Below, piece after piece: positions 1 through 5,572 of a stretch of 5,572 nucleotides of DNA. The stretch's first letter is position 1; every line of letters starts with the position of its first letter. The DNA lies in assembly GCF_006345805.1 (NCBI RefSeq), contig NW_021830008.1:1-5572 (forward strand), in the 5' to 3' direction. The position numbers and the translations under genes are program-made. The notes under the pieces were generated by a model. The model saw only the letters and a program-made list of their open reading frames with translations. It was not told where the DNA came from and did no database searches. The DNA is from Octopus sinensis. Its lineage: Eukaryota.

Positions 1-49
1 AGTACTTATTCTATTGGTCTCTTTTGCCGAACCGCTAAGTAACGGGGAC
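1..49 (-). mobile_element. SINE family A fragment running off the window edge
   Basis: The reverse complement of 8-44 matches 1451-1487 at 33/37 nt (core ggcaaaagagacc..atagaat), so this is the same family as the 1250-1584 element in the opposite orientation. Confidence 0.85.
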
Positions 50-142
50 ATATACATACATACATACATATCTATCTGTTTTCCATGTTGGCATGGGTTG
101 GACATATATTTACATATGTACATAACATATATATATATGTAC

Positions 143-194
<52 letters not shown>

Positions 195-209
195 ACACAC
201 ACACACACA
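49..209. repeat. Compound microsatellite (TACA)n / (TA)n / (CA)n
   Basis: (CATA)n at about 49-70, imperfect then perfect (TA)n at about 104-191, (CA)n at 194-209. Confidence 0.97.
75..103 (-). mobile_element. 29-bp remnant of the RTE-like element 3' end
   Basis: tctgttttccatgttggcatgggttggac matches 4867-4895 at 24/29 nt, and all 5 mismatches are transitions. Confidence 0.65.
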
Positions 210-245
210 TAGTCAAGCAAGACTGACGCTGCTTCTGGATGACCT

Positions 246-271
246 CACCACCACCACCACCACAACCACCA
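246..271. repeat. (CAC)n microsatellite
   Basis: caccaccaccaccaccacaaccacca. Confidence 0.95.
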
Positions 272-670
272 TCTCGCCTTGTGGTATGTATGCATATATA
301 ATCATATATAATATATATACATATGAAACCAGATTAGGCAACAAAGCATGAATACCTTTAAAATAGTGGAGGTCCTTCACCCCTGCTTCATTGAAATTCT
401 GGCTACACCCATTGTATGCAAATGAGGATTATGCTCGTATGTATTATATGGGATATATATGTATGTATATTGTGGGGTTTCATTGTGAAAGGTTAGGAGT
501 TCTGATATTGTAGTCTGGTCGGGTGAAGACTTTAAAGAGTTCCCAAGAATTCCTCCAGGAAATGGAATTTGAAGTTACAAAATGCTAATCTGAACTTAAA
601 AAGAAAACAGTGAATGATTGCTTTAGCAGAGATTGAGTTCAATTTTACCAATTTTTGTTACATACTTTTG

Positions 671-808
671 TTACATATATATATATATATATATATGTGC
701 ATATATAATATATGTATATATATATCATCATCATCATAAATGATGATGATGATGATGAGATGATGATATACATATATATATACACACATATATATATATA
801 TTATGTAA
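671..808. repeat. Compound (TA)n/(CAT)n/(ATG)n microsatellite forming a quasi-palindrome
   Basis: (CAT)4 at 726-737, AA, then (ATG)n from 740, with (TA)n tracts on both sides. Confidence 0.9.
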
Positions 809-885
809 TATTCTATTAATTATTGTATCCTCCTCTCTTTCATACCCACTTGTATATATATCTCTCTGTGCCACTCTGTAGCCTT

Positions 886-925
886 CCTGCCTGTCTGTCT
901 GTGTATCTGTCCGTCTGTCCGTCTC
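886..925. repeat. Degenerate (CTGT)n tetranucleotide repeat
   Basis: cctgcctgtctgtctgtgtatctgtccgtctgtccgtctc. Confidence 0.75.
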
Positions 926-979
926 TCACCCATCTCATTAGGAGTAATCAAGATTATATAACACTCCAGCATGCCTTCA

Positions 980-991
980 ACACACAGACAT

Positions 992-1032
<41 letters not shown>
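980..1032. repeat. (CA)n microsatellite
   Basis: Direct reading; perfect from about 1000. Confidence 0.97.
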
Positions 1033-1033
<1 letters not shown>

Positions 1034-1112
1034 TCAATCAATTAAGTTTATGTAAGAAATATAACACTTCTTTAATCTAAGCCACCATATGCTTTAATTT
1101 AGATAGTAAATA

Positions 1113-1151
1113 GTGTGTGTGTGTGTGTGAATGTATATTAATGCTTTTAAA

Positions 1152-1184
<33 letters not shown>
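1113..1184. repeat. Two (TG)n microsatellite tracts
   Basis: (TG)n at about 1113-1129 and about 1152-1184. Confidence 0.97.
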
Positions 1185-1249
1185 AAGGAGGATACCACAA
1201 TTGCTATTGTGATATTTCAAGACAGTTGCCTGATGAAATGGCCTGTAAC

Positions 1250-1584
1250 TGGTTCCGGGTTCAGTCCCACTGCGTGGCACCTTGGGCGAGTGTCTTCTAC
1301 TATAACCTCGGGCCAACCAAAGCCTTGTGAGTGTATTTGGTAGATGGAAACTGAAAGAAGCCCACTGTTTATATGTGTGTGTGTGTGTCTTTGTGTCTGT
1401 GTTTATCTCCCGTCACTACTTGACAACCAGTGTTGGTGTGTTTCTGCCTTCGTAACCTAGCGGTTTGGCAAAAGAGACCGATAGAATTACTGGCATTGAT
1501 TAATTCGACTATAATAAATTCTTCGAGGTGGTGCCCCAGCATGCCACAGTCTAATTGACTGAAACAAGGAAAAGAAAAAGATAA
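1250..1584 (+). mobile_element. tRNA-derived SINE family A, 5'-truncated, with an internal (TG)n tract
   Basis: B-box-like ggttcagtccc at 1258-1268; the A box is missing. It is followed by ccttgggcgagtgtc, which resembles the central domain of CORE/V-type SINEs. Internal (TG)n at about 1373-1400, a segment shared with 1-49, and an A-rich end gaaacaaggaaaagaaaaaga. The exact ends rest partly on my recall of an octopus repeat consensus. Confidence 0.85.
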
Positions 1585-1820
1585 GACACACACATACAAA
1601 TGTAAGTGATAATATAGATAGGAGGTAAAGCAGTGCACCCAGTGAGATTTGAACCCAAAATATCAAGGAAGTTAAGTCAATATTGCTGCAAGCTTACTTC
1701 ATTCTGACTCTTCAACAATCCTACCACACCCTGTCCCACCTCCCTGCCGTCCACGCCCATCTAAATCTAATAATAGAGATGCGGGAAGATTGGGATGAAA
1801 ATAGCATAATTGTGAATAGT

Positions 1821-1860
1821 TAATAATAATAATAATATATAATAATAATAATAATATAAT

Positions 1861-1892
<32 letters not shown>

Positions 1893-1931
1893 TAATAATA
1901 ATAATAATAACAATATAATAATAATAATAAA
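1821..1931. repeat. (AAT)n microsatellite, about 110 bp, imperfect
   Basis: Direct reading. Confidence 0.98.
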
Positions 1932-2361
1932 TACACAGATTGCGTGTCAGTTGTTTGACCTAACCAGTTGAGCATGTCCCTTAGTGGCTGATGATATGTG
2001 CATCTCTGATCACGAGCAGAAGTAGTGGAGGAGCATCATAGCCATGTGTTGAGAGGGATTCTTTGGGGTTTGAATAATTCACCTCTGGAAACATGGGTGG
2101 TTCTTTCAACATCCTTAAACAACCCTTATTCAGGGACCTTTTGAGCAGGATGGGCTACGCAACCTGAAGAAATTTCTAACTGGGCCCCACCTGCAAGGTC
2201 ATGTGCTGTTTATCTTGATATGAGATCACTATGTCGCGCACATATGGTTGTGATGCATGTGCCTGGTGTACTCTTATCAGATGGGTAGTCATGATGTGTA
2301 TATTGGGCTTCGTATATTTTACCCTAGTGTTATTTTGATGGCATGAACTGCTCTCTCACTC
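1932..2361 (+). mobile_element. 3' end of an (AAT)n-tailed non-LTR retroelement (candidate R4/Dong clade), copy 1
   Basis: 2194-2361 aligns without gaps to 5166-5333 (155/168 identical). It ends in ctctctcactc followed by (AAT)n and has (AAT)n on both sides. The strand is inferred from the tail position. The clade is inferred from TAA-repeat targeting only, since no ORF is present. The left boundary is approximate. Confidence 0.8.
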
Positions 2362-2400
2362 AATAATAATAATAATAATAATTATAATCATAATAATAAA
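2362..2400. repeat. (AAT)n tail shared by two elements
   Basis: Lies between the retroelement 3' end (+) and the SINE B 3' end (-). Confidence 0.95.
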
Positions 2401-2566
2401 GGTTTCGAATTTTGGCACAAGGCTAGCAGTTTCAGGAGAGGATTGCATCAACCCCAGTGGTCAACTGGTATTTATTTTGCTAATCCCAAGAGGATGAAAG
2501 GCAAAATTGACCTTGGCAGAATTTGAACTCAGAACTGTGTGATAACAACTCTGCCAGCTCACTACC
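2401..2566 (-). mobile_element. tRNA-derived SINE family B, copy 1 (head retained)
   Basis: On the minus strand: A-box-like TGGCAGAGTTG (2556-2546) and B-box-like GAGTTCAAATTC (2530-2519). The boxes are only 15 nt apart, suggesting an internal deletion. The body aligns with 2584-2766, 2795-2921 and 5384-5484 (accccag..ctggta, ggatgaaaggcaaa..gaccttgg). Confidence 0.88.
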
Positions 2567-2583
2567 TTAATAGCAAGAAGAAG

Positions 2584-2766
2584 ATTTCTTTCTGTAGGTA
2601 TAAAGCCTGGAATTTTGGGTGAGCAGGTTAGTTGTTTACATCAACCCCCCATGCTCATCTGGTACAGATTTCATCGACCCCGAAAGGATGAAAAAGTAAA
2701 GATGACTTTGGTAGGATTTGAACTCAGAATATAACACCAGAAGAAATGCTGCAAAGCCTTTTGTTC
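2584..2766 (-). mobile_element. SINE family B, copy 2
   Basis: catcaacccc..tggtac..atcgaccccgaaaggatgaaa..gactttgg..atttgaactcagaa, homologous to copy 1. Boundaries are approximate. Confidence 0.85.
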
Positions 2767-2794
2767 ATTACAGTAGCAATTAATATTAATGATC

Positions 2795-2921
2795 TTTTCT
2801 GCTTATAGTCACAAGAGCCTGAAATTTTAGGGGAGAAAGATAGATGATTATATGGACCCCAGCACTCAGCTGGTACTTATTTTATTGACGCTAAAAGATT
2901 AAAAGGCAAAGTTGACCTTGG
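2795..2921 (-). mobile_element. SINE family B, copy 3 (head lost)
   Basis: gaccccagcactcagctggtacttattttattgac..aaaggcaaagttgaccttgg. It stops just before a MITE terminus fragment. Confidence 0.85.
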
Positions 2922-2923
2922 AC

Positions 2924-2939
2924 TGGTAACAAAAGGGTT
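2924..2939 (+). mobile_element. Isolated right terminus of MITE family M1
   Basis: tggtaacaaaagggtt is identical to 3397-3412 (16/16). Confidence 0.65.
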
Positions 2940-2940
2940 C

Positions 2941-2957
2941 TTTTTTTTTTTTTTTTT
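2941..2957. repeat. Poly-T (17)
   Basis: Direct reading. Confidence 0.98.
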
Positions 2958-3414
2958 CCTTTGTTTTATAATAACCCACCTGAGACCTCCCATTGGTTCT
3001 GTGGTACAAACTTTCTGTTTTGAAACAATGTTAACTAGAACCTTCCATCAACATCTCTCATTAACCCTTTAGTGTTCAGATTACTCTTGTCAAATATAAT
3101 GCTTTTTCATTCACATTGTTTTGAGTTAATCCTGCATTATCTTGTAGTTCTGAGAATTTGATGATGTGATGGTTTATTTTGAGGATGTCATTGTAGGATA
3201 TGAGTGAGAGGCCAGATCCGGATGGTTTGAACATAAAAGAAGGAGAAAATTTGGGCCGGATATGGCCGGTTTAAATGTTAAAGGGTTAATTTACTATGTT
3301 CCAAACACCAGGTTGATACTGACTAAGTCATTATACTAAAGTCTTCATTATTTTCTAAATTCATTAAAACAAGGGCAGTGAATTTCAGCACTAATATGGT
3401 AACAAAAGGGTTAA
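2958..3414 (+). mobile_element. piggyBac-like MITE family M1, copy 1, interrupted by MITE M2
   Basis: The right end is aaaaggg-TTAA (3404-3414). Sequence on both sides of the M2 insertion (ttccatcaa at 3043-3051 and ctatgttccaaaca at 3294-3307) is colinear with uninterrupted copy 2. The left end is degraded (cctttgtt) and approximate. Confidence 0.72.
3065..3285. mobile_element. piggyBac-like MITE family M2, 221 bp, TTAA target-site duplication
   Basis: TTAA (3061-3064) CCCTTTA...TAAAGGG TTAA (3286-3289). The terminal 7 bp are a perfect inverted repeat; 11/16 match, with transition-only mismatches. TTAA TSDs with CCC/GGG ends are the established piggyBac signature. Confidence 0.88.
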
Positions 3415-3587
3415 AGTGATCTAAATTCAAACATTCCATCAAAACATCATGTTAACCTATGTTCCAAACATCAGTTTAATAAGAACAGTTATTTTTACTA
3501 AGACACTTCATTATTTTCATAATTAATTGAAACAAAAGCAGTGTATGTCTATATGCATATATTTCTGTATGGTAACAAAATGGTTAA
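3411..3587 (+). mobile_element. MITE M1, copy 2 (right portion)
   Basis: Shares ttccatcaa (3434-3442), ctatgttccaaaca (3457-3470), ttcattattttc (3507-3518), gcagtg (3538-3543) and the end tatggtaacaaaatggttaa (3568-3587) with copy 1. Confidence 0.8.
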
Positions 3588-3685
3588 TAGCGACAAAGTT
3601 GTTTTACTAAATATTTCATTATTTTCGAAATTAAGTGAAGTAATGGCAGTGTATTTCATCATAAATATTGTAGCAAAAGAATTTA
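3584..3685 (+). mobile_element. MITE M1, copy 3 (shorter right portion, degraded end)
   Basis: ttttactaa, ttcattattttc (3615-3626), gcagtgtat (from 3646), and the end aatattgtagcaaaagaattta against aatatggtaacaaaagggttaa in copy 1. Confidence 0.75.
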
Positions 3686-3978
3686 TGCCAAGTTTAAAAA
3701 TCTTTGAAAAGCGCAACACAGGGCCATCCACCTTCTGTAGGAATTGAACTCACAGCAGATAATTGCATTTTAAAACAAATTGAGTAAAGCAGAAAATGAT
3801 AGCACATGCTTCAAATAGAGCGCGGAGATATCCCTTCAAGAAATACCAGACAAACCACAAGCACCTGGATGTGTTTCCACCAAAAACAACTCCCTATGTG
3901 ATAGGGGTTTGGTGTTCAAATATATCCCTTCTCCAGGTGCTGCTTTTAAGGTCACCTGCACTGGATAAGATTTACGCG

Positions 3979-4396
3979 TGGTGTGTGTATGTGTGTCTGT
4001 GTATACACATGATCTTTTATTCATAAATCTGTATATATATATATATATATAATATATATATACCCCACACATGCACACAAACACACATATAGACATACAT
4101 ATAATATATGTGCATGTGTGTGTGTTTTATATATATTATATATAATATATAATATATATATATATATTATATGTATATATGTATGTATGATTACATATAG
4201 ACACACACACCATATATATATGTATACAGATACCACATAATATATTATGTATAAAATAAAATATATCATCCATATACTATTAATTACATACATATATATG
4301 TTGTGTAAACATGTATGCATATAAGTATATACATATACATCGATATATACATATATGTACATATATATATATATATATATATATGATATATATATA

Positions 4397-4429
<33 letters not shown>

Positions 4430-4493
4430 GATATATATATATATTATATTATATATATGTATGTATGTATGCATGTATATTACATACACACGC
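3979..4493. repeat. Long compound (TA)n/(CA)n/(TG)n/(TATG)n low-complexity array
   Basis: Direct reading; about 500 bp of alternating purine-pyrimidine sequence. Confidence 0.97.
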
Positions 4494-4682
4494 ATCAAAT
4501 TAATATATCCATTAGGGAATTGGCTAGATTAAAGAATGCAGATATTTTTATAGAATTTTCAAGACAGAAATAGAACGATCCTATACTATTGGAAGAGAAG
4601 GAATCCTTATAGAACCAACTTTTGACTGGTGACCTGTGGGATAAGACACGGTAGATCAAGATAAACATGGCTAAGAATAAAG

Positions 4683-4695
4683 GAGAGAGAGAGAG
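4683..4695. repeat. Short (GA)n
   Basis: gagagagagagag. Confidence 0.85.
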
Positions 4696-4792
4696 GTTGG
4701 TGGAAGAGCATGGCTCAAAATGGAAATATTTGGTTTGAGTTCACAAGGGCACTGTGTGTTTGTTGAATGTCATAGGATTAATATAGCATAAA

Positions 4793-4858
4793 ATATATAT
4801 GCATATACGTATGTATATATATATATAGTTCATCATCATCATCATCATCCTCATCATC
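4793..4858. repeat. (TA)n followed by (CAT)n
   Basis: (TA)-rich at about 4793-4827 and (CAT)n at 4831-4858. The latter reads as a (GAT)n tail of the adjacent minus-strand element. Confidence 0.95.
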
Positions 4859-5163
4859 GTTTAATGTCCGCTTTCCATGCTAGCATGGGCTGGACGATTT
4901 TGACTGAGGGCTGGTGAACCAGATGGCTGCACCAGGCTCCTATCTTGATCTGGCAGGGTTTCTACAGCTGGATGCCCTTCCTAAAGCCAACCACTCCAAG
5001 AGTGTAGTGGGTGCCTTTTACATGCCACCGGCACGTGGGCCAATCAGGCGGTACTGGCAATGATCTCGCTCGAATCTTTTTACGCATGCCACCGGCACAG
5101 GTGCCAGTAAGGCGACGTTGGTAACGATCACGCTTGAATGGTGCCCTTTTACATGCCACTGGT
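4831..5163 (-). mobile_element. 3' end of an RTE-like non-LTR element (or RTE-dependent SINE) with a (GAT)n tail
   Basis: GC-richer block ending, on the minus strand, in catggaaagcggacattaaac(GAT)n. It contains ggatgcccttcct (4970-4982), which I recognise from reverse-complemented RTE-clade 3' UTRs, and about 65-bp internal subrepeats. The clade assignment is from recall and not searched. Confidence 0.72.
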
Positions 5164-5165
5164 AA

Positions 5166-5333
5166 CAAGGTCATGTGCTGTTTATCTTGATATGAGGTCA
5201 CCATGTCGCACACATATGGTTGTGATGCATGTGCCTGGTGTACCCTTATCAGGCGGGTAGTCATGATGGGTATACTGGGTATCGTATATTTTACCCTAGT
5301 GTTACTTTGATGGCATGCACTGCTCTCTCACCC
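5166..5333 (+). mobile_element. (AAT)n-tailed retroelement 3' end, copy 2 (more 5'-truncated)
   Basis: 155/168 identical and ungapped to 2194-2361, followed by (AAT)n. Confidence 0.88.
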
Positions 5334-5345
5334 AATAATAATAAC

Positions 5346-5379
<34 letters not shown>

Positions 5380-5383
5380 TAAT
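5334..5383. repeat. (AAT)n tail shared by two elements
   Basis: Direct reading. Confidence 0.98.
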
Positions 5384-5484
5384 GGTTTCAAATTTTTGCA
5401 CAAATCCAGAAAGTCTGGGGGAGGGAATAAGTTGATTACATTGACCCCAGTGTTCTACTGGTACTTATCTTTATTGACCCTGGG
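5384..5484 (-). mobile_element. SINE family B, copy 4 (3' half)
   Basis: ggtttcaaatttttgcacaa..gattacattgaccccagtg..ctggtacttat..ttgaccc, homologous to 2401-2490. Confidence 0.85.
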
Positions 5485-5487
5485 AGT

Positions 5488-5567
5488 GAGGAAGAAGATG
5501 ACGATGATGATGACGGCAACAATGATGACAATGACAGCAATGGTGACAATGACGAAGACGATGACAA
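5488..5567. repeat. Degenerate (GAY/AAY)n trinucleotide repeat
   Basis: gatgacgatgatgatgacggcaacaatgatgacaatgac... Confidence 0.85.
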
Positions 5568-5572
5568 AGGAA

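Noticed and set aside
395-411. aattctggctacaccca, resembling a Harbinger-like terminal repeat
   Set aside because: No partner terminus or target-site duplication was found in the window.
416-423. Octamer motif ATGCAAAT
   Set aside because: A single 8-mer in 5.5 kb of AT-rich DNA is unremarkable, and there is no promoter context.
653-677. Tandem 12-bp duplication ttttgttacata
   Set aside because: It is real but looks like an ordinary slippage duplication at a microsatellite edge.
980-1184. (CA)n facing (TG)n, a potential fold-back
   Set aside because: Both repeats are so abundant here that such pairs are expected, and the unique flanks are not inverted.
14-1638. ORFs of 70-89 aa in the left part of the window
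   Set aside because: They translate microsatellites (YIYI, THTH, CVCV, poly-T) or SINE A sequence. No domain is recognisable.
1644-1657. gagatttgaaccca, a B-box-like motif on the minus strand
   Set aside because: It is too short, with no alignable SINE body around it.
2519-2556. A/B boxes suggesting a tRNA gene
   Set aside because: There is no cloverleaf, the spacing is too short, and the boxes are continuous with a SINE body.
3290-3685. Spaced repeats that superficially resemble a CRISPR array
   Set aside because: The intervening sequences are homologous to each other, the spacing is irregular, and the context is eukaryotic. MITE fragments explain them.
3541-3747. Overlapping 68-aa and 60-aa ORFs
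   Set aside because: They lie mostly within decayed MITE M1 copies. There is no transposase similarity and the lengths fit chance.
4066-4120. 12-bp inverted repeat cacacatgcaca/tgtgcatgtgtg
   Set aside because: It lies within alternating purine-pyrimidine low-complexity sequence, where such matches arise easily.
4021-4573. 113-aa and 72-aa ORFs
   Set aside because: They are translations of (TA)n/(TG)n arrays, which lack stop codons in some frames.
4962-5435. 100-aa and 68-aa ORFs
   Set aside because: They cross junctions between unrelated repeats and an (AAT)n tail (poly-N). No RT or endonuclease motifs are present.
5488-5571. Acidic frame EEEDDDDDDGNNDD...
   Set aside because: It is a degenerate trinucleotide repeat directly after a SINE fragment, with no splice or start support. 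It cannot be fully excluded because the window ends here.

Overview
Eukaryotic, AT-rich, non-coding DNA made almost entirely of microsatellites and decayed transposon fragments. I see no prokaryotic features, no recognisable protein-coding gene, no intact RNA gene and no CRISPR array. The repeat families look to me like those of Octopus genomes. That is recognition from memory and needs BLAST/Dfam confirmation. The window holds two tRNA-derived SINE families (A: 2 copies; B: 4 copies, all on the minus strand). It also has two copies of an (AAT)n-tailed non-LTR retroelement 3' end (168 bp, 13 mismatches), a (GAT)n-tailed RTE-like 3' end, and a stack of TTAA-flanked piggyBac-like MITEs at 2924-3685. 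All listed ORFs are explained by simple repeats, transposon remnants or chance. I found no convincing new biological system. The most interesting signals are architectural: MITE segments joined at shared TTAA sites, an (AAT)n-sharing retroelement/SINE pairing that occurs twice, a head-to-head retroelement junction, a layered microsatellite palindrome, and one unique island (about 3820-3970) with a long hairpin and open frames.
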